64,000 nucleotides of DNA from Actinomycetota bacterium (GTDB taxonomy: Bacteria > Actinomycetota > UBA4738 > HRBIN12): contig DASTBT010000079.1 of assembly GCA_035711865.1 (NCBI GenBank), forward strand, positions 702-64,701, in the 5' to 3' direction. Below are positions 1 to 9,165 of the stretch, piece by piece. Positions within the stretch are counted from its first letter, which is position 1, and each line of letters begins with the position of its first letter. The notes beneath the pieces are model-generated. The model saw only the letters and a list, made by a program, of their open reading frames with translations, made no database searches and was not told where the DNA came from. The position numbers and the translations under genes are program-made.

Positions 1-906
1 GACCTGCTCAGGTCCGGGCTCGACGGCGAGATCGCCGAGCAGGCCTTCATGAGCGATTCCGCCGGGGAGATGCCGGCCGGCTCGCTCATCTTCCCCAGGG
101 AGGCGGAGGACTCGCTCGACGCCGTGGGTCTGGCGACCGGCCTGTGGTTCGAGCGGGGCCGCGGCGCCAAGCCAGACACCACCCTGGTCACGGAGGCCCC
201 GCGGGTCGCCGTGCTCGTGAACAACACGAACCGGAGCGACACGCTCTGGTCGTTGGAGCAGCTGTTCGGCTCCGACGCGCAGTTGGTACAGGTCACGAGC
301 GGGCCAAATTCACTGCAGAACGCTCCGGAGGATCCGCTCGAGGCGTTCGACGTGATCTACAACGCCGGCCAGCAATACCCGTCGGCGGGGAACCAGCTCG
401 CGCGGGACCGCCTGATCGCGTTCTTCGAGCGCGGCGGCGGGTACATCGGCACGAGTCAGAGCGGGAACAACTTCTCGTTCATGACCCAAGCCGGGCTGGT
501 CGATCAGATCGCCCAAGGCAGCGCTTCGGCGGGCGGCGGCATCGCCCGTTGGGCGAACATCGCGGGGCTCGACAGCCCCATGACCGGTGGGTATCCGGAG
601 CAGGACTTCCTGTTCTTGCCGAGCACCATCACCTACCTGTCGGCCGTGCCCACGGGCGCGACGGTCGCGGGGAGCTACCCGGCGACCGACACCGAGCTCT
701 TCGTCGCGGGACTGTGGCGCGACCGCACATCCGCGGCGTCGCTCGGAGCGCTCGGCGCGCCCGTGGTCGTCCACGGACCGACGACCGTGGACAGCCGGTA
801 CCTCGCGCTGGCGGCCAACCCCTTCTCGAGGGGTGACGCCGAGCGTGAGTGGGGGCTGATCGGCCGGGCGGCTCTGTGGTCGAACCTGACCGACGAAGCT
901 GCCTAG
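1..906 (+). CDS. C-terminal part of a larger protein entering from upstream of the window; function unknown
   Basis: Frame 1 is open from base 1 (DLLRSGLDGEIAEQAF precedes the first Met of ORF 49..906). Long ORF with G/C-rich third positions by eye. No family motif I can name with certainty. Confidence 0.55.
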   Translation, partial: DLLRSGLDGEIAEQAFMSDSAGEMPAGSLIFPREAEDSLDAVGLATGLWFERGRGAKPDTTLVTEAPRVAVLVNNTNRSDTLWSLEQLFGSDAQLVQVTSGPNSLQNAPEDPLEAFDVIYNAGQQYPSAGNQLARDRLIAFFERGGGYIGTSQSGNNFSFMTQAGLVDQIAQGSASAGGGIARWANIAGLDSPMTGGYPEQDFLFLPSTITYLSAVPTGATVAGSYPATDTELFVAGLWRDRTSAASLGALGAPVVVHGPTTVDSRYLALAANPFSRGDAEREWGLIGRAALWSNLTDEAA

Positions 907-942
907 AGGCGGCACCGAGGGGACGGGCTCCGGCCCGTCCCC

Positions 943-1407
943 TCACCCGCCGCAGGTCTCGATCGCGGCGCGCGCCTCGGGAACCATGCGCGCCCACGGA
1001 GAGTCGCCGGCTCCACCGGAGACCCCGATCTCGTTCGCGAGGATGCGGGCAGCGTGGTTCACGGGAGCTACCAGCGTCTCGCCCTCCCCGATCGGTGACG
1101 CGTCGGTGAGCCAGAGCGCGGGACCGACCTTGACCGCGAACACCTGCCGTTGATCCCTCGTCGGCGATGTCCCGACGCGGACGGCGACGGCGGGATCGCT
1201 CCATCCGTACCGTTGGGCCCAGCCGTCGGCGTGACCGCAGACCGACGCCCCTACGTGGGCGGTGGCCGATCCGGTGTCGGCCCGCGGCACGACCCGCGGA
1301 GGCGACTCGGCACACGCCACGAGCCCGAGCACCATCAACGAAACAGCCGTGATCCTCGATCGCACCAGCCGAGCATGGGTCGACGCTCGAGCCCATGCAA
1401 GCACCAT
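943..1407 (-). CDS. Putative lipoprotein, function unknown
   Basis: Inner part of ORF 943..1704. ATG at 1407 gives MVLAWARASTHARLVRSRITAVSLMVLGLVAC, a signal peptide with a lipobox-like LVAC. The upstream Arg/Pro-rich part of the ORF looks non-coding. Confidence 0.5.
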   Translation of the reverse strand: MVLAWARASTHARLVRSRITAVSLMVLGLVACAESPPRVVPRADTGSATAHVGASVCGHADGWAQRYGWSDPAVAVRVGTSPTRDQRQVFAVKVGPALWLTDASPIGEGETLVAPVNHAARILANEIGVSGGAGDSPWARMVPEARAAIETCGG

Positions 1408-1487
1408 CCTCGGGTTCCACGCGGACGCCCCCAGGTCCGCCGTGGGGAAGGGACCTAGACTGGGCGATCGACCGAGGGGAGGCGGAG

Positions 1488-1985
1488 ATGAGCGACGAGA
1501 AGCTGATCGAGGAGGCGCAGGCGTTCCTGGGCGAAGGCGAGCATGTGGTCGCAGCGGGCATCTTCCAGCCGCGAGGCTCCACGGGTGGCATGGTCGGCGT
1601 GGCCGGGGCGGGCTTCGCGACCGACAACATCGTGGGCGAGATCGTGGGAGCGGCCGCAGCGGTCGAGTCGGGACGGGCGATGTCCCACGTCGACGGCGTG
1701 CCACGATGGACGATGCTCGCGGTGACGCCCGCGACGGTCTACGCGATCGCGTGTGACCAGCACGCCGTCGGCTGGCAGCCGCGGGAGACCTTCGCCACGT
1801 TCGACCGTTCGAAGGTGCGCTTCACCGTGCACGGCCGGGTCAACGTGCGAACGCTCACGGTCGAGGATCCGGATTCGGACCGCAGCTATCAGTGGGAAGG
1901 CGATCGCATCGGACCGGCCCACGCGAAAGCCGTGATCGAGGCGCTGGAAGCCGAGGAGGTCGAGCCGCCAGAGGCCGAGGAGTGA
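1488..1985 (+). CDS. Hypothetical protein
   Basis: ATG 1488 preceded by GAGGGGAGGCGGAG. Protein-like composition (MSDEKLIEEAQAFLGEGEHVVAAGIF...). Its stop overlaps the GTG start of the next gene (GTGA). Confidence 0.6.
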   Translation: MSDEKLIEEAQAFLGEGEHVVAAGIFQPRGSTGGMVGVAGAGFATDNIVGEIVGAAAAVESGRAMSHVDGVPRWTMLAVTPATVYAIACDQHAVGWQPRETFATFDRSKVRFTVHGRVNVRTLTVEDPDSDRSYQWEGDRIGPAHAKAVIEALEAEEVEPPEAEE

Positions 1986-3115
1986 CGGGCCAGAAGCCGG
2001 CCCGCGCCGAGGTCGTCGGGTCGTTGCTGCGCCCGCCCCGGCTGCGCGCTGCGATCGAAGCGTTCTACGAGCCGGGACACTCTGCGGCGCTCGACGAGGA
2101 GCGGGCGAAGGACCGCACCGCGTTGCGTGCCGCCGAGGACGACGCGATCCGCGAGGCCGTGCGGCGTCAGCGCGACGCCGGTCTCGACGTGATCACCGAC
2201 GGGGAGTACCGCCGGTGGATGTTCATGAACTCCTTCTACGACGCGGTGAGCGGCGTGCGAACCGGCAAGACCGTGACGTTCCGCAACGACCGCGACGAGG
2301 ACGTTGAGCTCGCGGTCCACGAGATCGTCGCCCCGCTCCAAGCCGTCGACTCGCCGGGGGAACGGGAGGCGGACTTCATGCGTGAGGTGGCGGGCGGGAC
2401 GCCGTTCAAGGTCACGTTTCCGGCGGCATCGATCTTCACGCATCCCTTCACGACGGTGGGAGGCGCATACGAGAGCATCGATGCGTTCGTCGATTCGGCG
2501 GTGGCGATCGAGCAGAAGCTGGTCGCCGACACGATCGACGCGGGCGCGCGGTACGTCCAGTTCGATTTCCCTTTGTATCCCTACCTGGTCGACCCCGCAT
2601 GGATCGCGAGGTTCGAGGGAGCAGGCCATGACGTGGAGGCGCTGATCGAGCGAGCGCTCGCCGCCGACGCGGCCGTGATCGACGGCATCGCCGGCGACGT
2701 GACGGTGGCTCTGCACATCTGCCGCGGGAACTTCCGCTCGTCGTGGATGTGCGAGGGATCGCTCGAGCCTCTCGCCGAGCGCGTGTTCGGCGAGCTTCCC
2801 TACGACGCGTTCCTCGTGGAGTGGGACGACGAGGGCCGCGACGGCGGCTACGCGCCGGTGCGCCATCTGCGTCACGGCAGCGTGATGGTCATGGGACTGA
2901 TCAGCTCGAAGACACCGAAGCTCGAAGACGAGCACGACCTCATGCGCCGGATGGAGGAAGCCGCCGGATATGCCGGCGGCATCGAACGGCTCGCGATCAG
3001 CCCGCAGTGCGGCTTCGCGAGCGTGATGGTCGGCAACGAGACGAACGAAGAGGCGCAGTGGCGCAAGCTCGAACTCGTCGGAAGGGTCGCCGACCGCCTC
3101 TGGGGAGGTCGCTGA
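1982..3115 (+). CDS. Cobalamin-independent methionine synthase (MetE C-terminal-like) family protein
   Basis: VVGSLLRPPRL start, DVITDGEYRR, ICRGNF and ISPQCGF blocks are typical of the MetE-like/UROD-fold family. GTG 1982 overlaps the upstream stop. Confidence 0.75.
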   Translation: MTGQKPARAEVVGSLLRPPRLRAAIEAFYEPGHSAALDEERAKDRTALRAAEDDAIREAVRRQRDAGLDVITDGEYRRWMFMNSFYDAVSGVRTGKTVTFRNDRDEDVELAVHEIVAPLQAVDSPGEREADFMREVAGGTPFKVTFPAASIFTHPFTTVGGAYESIDAFVDSAVAIEQKLVADTIDAGARYVQFDFPLYPYLVDPAWIARFEGAGHDVEALIERALAADAAVIDGIAGDVTVALHICRGNFRSSWMCEGSLEPLAERVFGELPYDAFLVEWDDEGRDGGYAPVRHLRHGSVMVMGLISSKTPKLEDEHDLMRRMEEAAGYAGGIERLAISPQCGFASVMVGNETNEEAQWRKLELVGRVADRLWGGR

Positions 3116-3789
3116 TGCGCGTGCTCGTGCTGAAGCCGCAGGAACTGTCGAGGACCGGTCACGTCGGTGCGAGCCTGATCGACCGAGGCGCGGAGGTCGT
3201 CGAGCACGTGCTCGATGCCGACGGGCCACCGCCCGAGCTCGACGGGTTCGACGCCGTCGTCGTCACCGGCGCTCCGTGGTCGGTCTACGGCGAGGAGGTC
3301 CGTCGGTGGATCGGGGATCTGCTCGAGCGTCTCCGCGAGGCCGTTGCGCGTGAGGTGCCGGTGCTCGGCATCTGCTTCGGGGCGCAGGCGTTCGCCGAGG
3401 CGAACGGTGGATGGGTCGCGCGAGCCCGCGACAAGGAAGTCGGGCTGCACGAGGTGCAGACGGGCGACCCCGATCTCGTGCCGCCGGGACCCTGGTTCAT
3501 GTGGCACGGCGACACGTTCGGCCCGCCCGACCAGGCGACCGTCGTCGCTCGCACGGAAGCCGGGCCGCAGGCGTACACGCTCGGTCCGCACCTGCTCGTG
3601 CAGTTCCATCCGGAGGCCACCGCCGACATCGTCTCGGCCTGGCTGGCCTATGACGACGCGGACTTCCACGAGGCGGGGATCGACCCCGAGGCGACGCTCG
3701 CCGAGCTGCGCAGGAACGAGGACGACGCGCGAGCCCGAGCCGACGCCTTCCTCGACCGGTTCCTCCGCGACGTCAACACACCAGTGTGA
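3115..3789 (+). CDS. Class I glutamine amidotransferase (GMP synthase-like GATase domain) protein
   Basis: VLGICFGAQ nucleophile-elbow motif and a later FHPE block. ATG 3115 overlaps the stop of the upstream gene (ATGA). Confidence 0.8.
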   Translation: MRVLVLKPQELSRTGHVGASLIDRGAEVVEHVLDADGPPPELDGFDAVVVTGAPWSVYGEEVRRWIGDLLERLREAVAREVPVLGICFGAQAFAEANGGWVARARDKEVGLHEVQTGDPDLVPPGPWFMWHGDTFGPPDQATVVARTEAGPQAYTLGPHLLVQFHPEATADIVSAWLAYDDADFHEAGIDPEATLAELRRNEDDARARADAFLDRFLRDVNTPV

Positions 3790-4777
3790 GGCGTTCCCGC
3801 GGCCAGGCCCGGAGGGCGAAGAGCTGGACGAGCCCTGCCGCGTCGATCGCGGGCGTGCCGTCGTAGGTGCCGATGCCGCCGGCCGTGAACAGCCCGTCGG
3901 CGTCGCGGCCCACGCGCCACGCCCGCGCCAGGTATGCGTCGAGCGCCACGCGGAGCCCGTCGACCCTCCCGGCCGTGCTCAGCGCCAACAGGTTCCGGAA
4001 CCAGACGGCGTTGAAGACCGGCGAATGCCTCCAGGTCCGCTCCGCGCCGAACCTGCGGAGCGATGTGGCCGCGGTCTGCCGCGCCCGAGCGATCGCGACC
4101 TCGTCGCCGATGGCGGCGTGGAGCAGCCACAGCGCGCCGGCGGGGGAGCCCTGGTTGTAGGTCCAGAGGCTGCGTTGCACGCGGCCGGGGGCGTCGATGT
4201 GATCGGCGTAGAGCCCGCCCCGCATGCGAAGCGCGCCATCGAGCCACGAGAGCGTTCGCCGGGCGAAGGCGAGCGTGTCGGCGTCGCCGTCGGCCAGGTG
4301 CAGACGGAGCGCGAGCTGGGACGCCGGCGCCGCCGAGCAGGTGTGGCGTGCGCGCCGTCCTTCCACCCAGCGCATGCCGCCGTCGGGGTCCTGTCCCTCG
4401 AGCACGAACCGGAAGACCTTCCGGGCGCGTCGGAGCCATCTCGCCTCCCCGGTCTGCAGATGCAGCTGGGCGAAGCACAAGCCGATCCACGCGTTGTCGT
4501 CGTAGTAGCGGCGACGGTCGCCGGGCGCGGGCAGGTAGCCGTCGCCGGCCGCGTAGGGGCGCAGGCCGATCACGAGTCGTTCCACGTCGTCGTAAGTGCC
4601 GGTCAGCTCCGCGATGTCGATCGCCGCGGCGAGCACCTGGCTCACCGGCCAGACCGGGGCGAGCTTCCGGCGACGCGGCCGCTCGCGCACGACGAGAGCG
4701 CCGTGATCCGCTGAGCGCAGGCAGACGCGTGAGAGCGACTCCCAGGCCACGAGCGCCCGGTCGGCGCGTGGAGCCAT
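3773..4777 (-). CDS. Glycoside hydrolase family 76-like protein
   Basis: YYDDNAWIGL, GGMRW and LWTYNQGS blocks resemble GH76 alpha-1,6-mannanase-type proteins. Confidence 0.6.
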   Translation of the reverse strand: MAPRADRALVAWESLSRVCLRSADHGALVVRERPRRRKLAPVWPVSQVLAAAIDIAELTGTYDDVERLVIGLRPYAAGDGYLPAPGDRRRYYDDNAWIGLCFAQLHLQTGEARWLRRARKVFRFVLEGQDPDGGMRWVEGRRARHTCSAAPASQLALRLHLADGDADTLAFARRTLSWLDGALRMRGGLYADHIDAPGRVQRSLWTYNQGSPAGALWLLHAAIGDEVAIARARQTAATSLRRFGAERTWRHSPVFNAVWFRNLLALSTAGRVDGLRVALDAYLARAWRVGRDADGLFTAGGIGTYDGTPAIDAAGLVQLFALRAWPRERLTLVC

Positions 4778-4780
4778 GGA

Positions 4781-5149
4781 TCAGCGGCCGGGCTCGAACA
4801 GCTCGACGACGTTGCCCGACGGATCCTCTGCCAGGATCTGGCGTCCCCCCGGACCCTCGACGACCTCGTTGCGGAACGCGACGCCGCTCGCGCCGAGCGC
4901 GTCGATGCGCGCGTCGAGGTCGTCCACCTCGATCACGAGCCGGTTCCATCCCCCCGGCTCCGGTGTCCGCCCGTCGGGCATGGGTCGCGCCGCCGACGAT
5001 GCGGGCCCTGCGAGCCAGAGCAGGAGGTCGTCGCGGCGGACGATCGCGATCGTCTGGCCGAAGCGCTGGACCTCCTCGAAGCCGAGGCCGTCGATGTAGA
5101 ACGTCAACGCCCTGCCGACGTCGTCCACCATGTACCGGACCGTCGCCAT
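4781..5149 (-). CDS. VOC (glyoxalase/bleomycin-resistance/dioxygenase) family protein
   Basis: MATVRYMVDDVGRALTFYIDGLGFEE ... NRLVIEVDDLDA ... DPSGNVVELFE is a typical VOC fold pattern. Start placed at ATG 5149 because the upstream gene ends at 5154. Confidence 0.75.
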   Translation of the reverse strand: MATVRYMVDDVGRALTFYIDGLGFEEVQRFGQTIAIVRRDDLLLWLAGPASSAARPMPDGRTPEPGGWNRLVIEVDDLDARIDALGASGVAFRNEVVEGPGGRQILAEDPSGNVVELFEPGR

Positions 5150-5153
5150 CCAC

Positions 5154-5999
5154 TCACTCCTTCCTGGGAGGTCGCACGCCTCGGAACTCCCAGTCACCGC
5201 CGAGCGCGGTCGAGATCACTTCCTCGCTCTCGCTCGGCTGCGCGCCGACGTCGTCGCGCACGGGCACCGAGCCCTCGACGACCGTGTTCCGCAGCAAACC
5301 GAGGCCGCCGACCTCCACCTCGACGACGTCGCCGGGTTCGACCGGCCGCGAGTTGGCCGGCGTGCCCGACAGGATCACGTCGCCGGGCTCGAGCGTGATC
5401 GTGCGCGCGACGTCGGCGACGAGGTAGTGCATGTCCCAGATCATCTCGTCGGTGCTCCCGTCTTGCACCACCTCGCCGTTCACCCGCGTCTGCAGACGCT
5501 TGCCGTGGAAGTCCCAGTCGGTCACGAGCCCGGGCCCGAGGGGGCAGAGCGAATCGCTGCCCTTCACGCGCAGCATCGATCCGGCGTCGGTGTCGCGGAA
5601 GTCGTGCAGCCCGTAGTCGTTGCCGATCGTGTATCCGGCGATGTACTCGTCGGCCTCGTCTGGCGCCACGTGCCGGCAGCGTTCTCCGATCACGATGCCG
5701 ATCTCGCCCTCGTAGTTGAGGTACCGGCAGCGCGGTGGCCGCACGATCTCGCCGCCGTGCGCGTTCAGGGACGAGATCGGCTTGTGGAAGTACGTCGGGG
5801 CCGGCCCGAGCGTCGCTCCGAACTCGGCCCGGCGGCTCTCATAGTTCAGGTGCACGCAGACGACCTTCGTCGGGACGACCGGCGGCAGGTGGATCGGGTC
5901 GTCGAGCGGCATGCGACGGCCGTCGGGCGCCACCAGCTCATCGTCCTCGCGTGATACGGCGGTCGGCACGCCGTCGAGCAGGATGCGCCTGGTCTCCAT
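5154..5999 (-). CDS. Fumarylacetoacetate hydrolase (FAH) family protein
   Basis: KVVCVHLNYESRR, NYEGEIGIVIG and LEPGDVILSGTP blocks. ATG 5999 is preceded by GGAAGGGG. Confidence 0.85.
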   Translation of the reverse strand: METRRILLDGVPTAVSREDDELVAPDGRRMPLDDPIHLPPVVPTKVVCVHLNYESRRAEFGATLGPAPTYFHKPISSLNAHGGEIVRPPRCRYLNYEGEIGIVIGERCRHVAPDEADEYIAGYTIGNDYGLHDFRDTDAGSMLRVKGSDSLCPLGPGLVTDWDFHGKRLQTRVNGEVVQDGSTDEMIWDMHYLVADVARTITLEPGDVILSGTPANSRPVEPGDVVEVEVGGLGLLRNTVVEGSVPVRDDVGAQPSESEEVISTALGGDWEFRGVRPPRKE

Positions 6000-6066
6000 G
6001 CCCGCCCCTTCCTTGCGATGGCCGAAGCGTACGATAGGCGCCGTGTCGGAGGGGTTGCAGGGGTTC

Positions 6067-6831
6067 ATGTCGCCGCGGTCGTCGCGAGGCCGCGCGTCGA
6101 TCGTGCCGAGCCCACCCTGGCACTACTCCGGCGACGTGTTGACGATCGAGTACCGCACCGACCCTTCCAACGTGGAAGCCCTGCTGCCGAACGGCGTCGG
6201 CCTCGCGCCCGAGGATCCGGGGGCGGTCGCGATCATCTGGGCCGACTGGCAGTCCTGCAGCGACTCGGGGGAGGAGCTGCTCGACCCCGTGCGCTCCCAG
6301 TACAAGGAGACGTTCGTGGTCGTGCGGTGCACCTATGGCGGCGAGACCTACTCGCGGTGCGTGTACATCTGGGTCGACAAGGACTTCGCGCTCGCCCGCG
6401 GCTGGTTCCAGGGGTACCCGAAGAAGCTCGGCCAGATCTGGATGACGAGGCCGGTCTCGGTCGGCAGGGCGGGGCCGAGGCTCGAGCCCGGCGGACGGTT
6501 CGGCGCGACGCTCGCCGCCAACGATCGGCGTCTCGCGGAGGTCACGCTCACGCTCACCGGCGAGAGCGAGACCGGGGGCTTCGTGAACGCGCTGCCGATG
6601 CTGCACTCCCGGTACATGCCCCACATCGATCCGTCGCTGCCGGCGCCTCTGGACGAGCTCGTCACGATGCGCTCGCTCGACGTCGACCTCGGCCAGGCCC
6701 ACGTCGGCGAGCCGACCGTGACGCTCTTCGATGCTCCCGCCGAAGAACTCGCAGCGCTCGAACCGGTGGAGACGATCGCGGGATACTGGCGACAGGTCGG
6801 CGCGACGTTCGCCGGTGGCACCACCGTGTAG
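6067..6831 (+). CDS. Acetoacetate decarboxylase (ADC) family protein
   Basis: PPWHYSGDVLTIEYRTDP, YKETFVVV and GWFQGYPKKLG blocks resemble the ADC family. Divergent from the FAH gene across a 67-bp gap. Confidence 0.7.
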   Translation: MSPRSSRGRASIVPSPPWHYSGDVLTIEYRTDPSNVEALLPNGVGLAPEDPGAVAIIWADWQSCSDSGEELLDPVRSQYKETFVVVRCTYGGETYSRCVYIWVDKDFALARGWFQGYPKKLGQIWMTRPVSVGRAGPRLEPGGRFGATLAANDRRLAEVTLTLTGESETGGFVNALPMLHSRYMPHIDPSLPAPLDELVTMRSLDVDLGQAHVGEPTVTLFDAPAEELAALEPVETIAGYWRQVGATFAGGTTV

Positions 6832-6843
6832 CCTGCCGTTCCC

Positions 6844-7602
6844 ATGCGACTCCTGCGCTTCCGGCACGGCGACCGCATCGCGACCGGCGTCGCTGACTCC
6901 CACGACGACACGGTGCGCGTGCTCGCGGGCACGTTCTTCGAGGATCCGCTGCCCACGGGGGAGGAGCTTCTCCTCGACGAGGTGCAACTGCTTGCCCCGG
7001 TGCTGCCCTCGAAGCTCGTCTGCGTGGGCCGGAACTACGAGGCCCACGCGGCGGAGTGGAACTTGACCGTTCCCGACGAGCCGCTGTTGTTCCTCAAGCC
7101 CTCGACAGCCGTGGTGGGCCCGAACGATCCGATCACGCTGCTGCCCATCAGCCGCCGGATCGACTTCGAGGGCGAGCTCGTCGTCGTGATCGGGCGCCTG
7201 GCCAAGGACATCCGGGCCGAGGACGCCTATCGCGTGATCCTCGGCTACACCTGCGGCAACGACGTGACCCTGCGCACGCTGCAGAAGACCGACGACCAGT
7301 GGGCCCGGGCCAAGGGGTTCGACGGTTCCGCGCCGCTGGGCCCGTGGATCGAGACCGACCTCGACCCGAACGACGTCGTCGTCGAGGCGCGGCTCAACGG
7401 CGAGGTGCGCCAGCACGCGAGCACCACAGACATGGTGTTCGGGGTCGCGACGCTGATCGAGTACATCACGTCGTTCATGACGCTGCTCCCGGGCGACGCA
7501 ATCATGACCGGAACCCCCGAGGGCGCCGCGAAGCTCGACGCCGGCGACGTGATCGAGGTCGAGATCGAGGGGGTCGGCACCCTCGTCAACCCGGTGCGAT
7601 GA
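6844..7602 (+). CDS. FAH family protein (2-hydroxyhepta-2,4-diene-1,7-dioate isomerase-like), the conserved upstream neighbour of gltX
   Basis: KLVCVGRNYEAHA, FEGELVVVIG and LLPGDAIMTGTPEG blocks. Stop overlaps the gltX ATG. Same FAH-gltX adjacency as the Rv2993c-gltS pair in M. tuberculosis (from memory). Confidence 0.85.
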   Translation: MRLLRFRHGDRIATGVADSHDDTVRVLAGTFFEDPLPTGEELLLDEVQLLAPVLPSKLVCVGRNYEAHAAEWNLTVPDEPLLFLKPSTAVVGPNDPITLLPISRRIDFEGELVVVIGRLAKDIRAEDAYRVILGYTCGNDVTLRTLQKTDDQWARAKGFDGSAPLGPWIETDLDPNDVVVEARLNGEVRQHASTTDMVFGVATLIEYITSFMTLLPGDAIMTGTPEGAAKLDAGDVIEVEIEGVGTLVNPVR

Positions 7603-9029
7603 GCGACGAGGCGGTCCGATGTCGGTTCGCGCCCGCCCCGAGCGGCTCGCTCCACGTCGGGAACGTGCGCAGCGCCCTGTTCTCGTGGTTGTTCGCGCGC
7701 CATCACGGCGGGACGTTCGTCCTGCGGGTCGAGGACACCGACGCGAGCCGCGTCACCGAGGAGGCCGTCGCCGGCGTGCTCGAGGACCTGCGCTGGCTCG
7801 GCATCGACCACGACGAGGGCCCCGATGTGGGCGGACCGCACGAACCCTACCGACAGTCACAGCGCCTCGGCATCTATCGCGAGCACGCCGACCGCCTGCT
7901 CGCCCAGGGCGATGCCTACCGCTGTTACTGCACCCCCGAGGAGCTCGAGGAACGCCGGAAGGCCGCTCTGGCCCACGGCGACGCCCCCGGGTACGACGGC
8001 CACTGTCGCGACCTGAGCGCCGAGACGATCGCGGCGCGCGAGGCCGAGGGCCGGGCGTCGGTGGTCCGGTTCCGCATGCCCGATCGCGAGTGGGTGGTCG
8101 AGGACATCGTGAAGGGCGAGGTGCATTTCGCACCCGGCCAGCTCCGCGACTTCGTGCTGCTGCGCTCCGACGGCTCGCCGGTGTTCCTGCTCGCGGTGGC
8201 CGTCGACGATCTGCTGATGGGCATCACGCACGTCGTGCGGGGTGACGACCTGCTCGCGAGCGCTCCCCGCAACGCCGCCGTGATCGAGGCCCTGGGCGGA
8301 ACACCGCCCCGGTACGCGCACGTGCCACAGGTGCTCGGTCCCGACCGCCATCCGCTGTCGAAGCGGCACGGATCGACGAGCGTGGAGTCCTTCCGGGAAC
8401 AGGGCTTCCTGCCCGAGGCGATGGTGAACTACCTCGCCCTGCTCGGCTGGTCGCCCGGCGACGATCGCGACGTGCTCTCGCGCGACGAGCTGATCGACGC
8501 GTTCGAGCTGGAGCGGGTCTCCTCGAATCCGGCGGCCTTCGACACCGAGAAGCTGACCTGGCTCAACAACCGGTACATCCAGTCGCTCGACGACGACGAT
8601 CTCGCCGCCCGTTGCCTGCACTTCCTCACCGAGCAGGGCTTGATGCCGGACCCGGCGACGCTGCTGGCGGCGATGCCGATCGTGAAGGAGCGCATGAAGA
8701 CCCTCACCGAGGCTCCGCAGCTGCTGCGCTTCCTCTTCACCGACGACCTCGAGTCGAACGAGAAGGCCGCCGGACTCATCGCGAAGGCGCCCGAGGGGTA
8801 CCTCGCCCAGGTGGCCGACGCGCTCGAGGCCGTCGAACCGTGGGCGGCTGAGGCGATCACGGCCGCGCTCGACGCCCTCGCGGAGCGTGAGGCGTTGAGC
8901 CGTACCAAGGCGTTCCAGCCGGTGCGGGCAGCTGTGACCGGATCGAACGTCTCGCCTCCGCTGCCGGAGTCGCTCGAGCTGCTCGGCAAGGAACGCACGC
9001 TGGAGCGGCTCCGTCGGCCTCCCGGCTGA
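7599..9029 (+). CDS. gltX: Glutamate--tRNA ligase
   Basis: RFAPAPSGSLHVGNVRSAL (HIGH-type), VRGDDLL and PLSKRHGSTS (KMSKS-type) blocks. Full length, about 476 aa. Confidence 0.95.
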   Translation: MSDEAVRCRFAPAPSGSLHVGNVRSALFSWLFARHHGGTFVLRVEDTDASRVTEEAVAGVLEDLRWLGIDHDEGPDVGGPHEPYRQSQRLGIYREHADRLLAQGDAYRCYCTPEELEERRKAALAHGDAPGYDGHCRDLSAETIAAREAEGRASVVRFRMPDREWVVEDIVKGEVHFAPGQLRDFVLLRSDGSPVFLLAVAVDDLLMGITHVVRGDDLLASAPRNAAVIEALGGTPPRYAHVPQVLGPDRHPLSKRHGSTSVESFREQGFLPEAMVNYLALLGWSPGDDRDVLSRDELIDAFELERVSSNPAAFDTEKLTWLNNRYIQSLDDDDLAARCLHFLTEQGLMPDPATLLAAMPIVKERMKTLTEAPQLLRFLFTDDLESNEKAAGLIAKAPEGYLAQVADALEAVEPWAAEAITAALDALAEREALSRTKAFQPVRAAVTGSNVSPPLPESLELLGKERTLERLRRPPG

Positions 9030-9165
9030 CGACCGGCCGAACGGCCTACACGGGCGGGTCGTGCGGGTGGTTCTGGGCGGGTCACTGGCGCAGGTTCCCT
9101 AGCTCCATCGGGGTGGTCCGTTTGGGTCGCCCGGCCGATGCGGGGCCGGGCGCGACCCCCTAGTC

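Noticed and set aside
3215-5153. 499-aa (plus) and 501-aa (minus) ORFs across the GH76/VOC region
   Set aside because: These are shadow frames with extreme Arg/Pro content. The GH76-like frame (3773..4777, minus) has family-typical blocks.
9124-9159. Imperfect GC-rich hairpin after gltX as a terminator
   Set aside because: The stem is interrupted by a bulge, has no U-tract, and overlaps the likely MFS start region. It is too weak to list as a feature.
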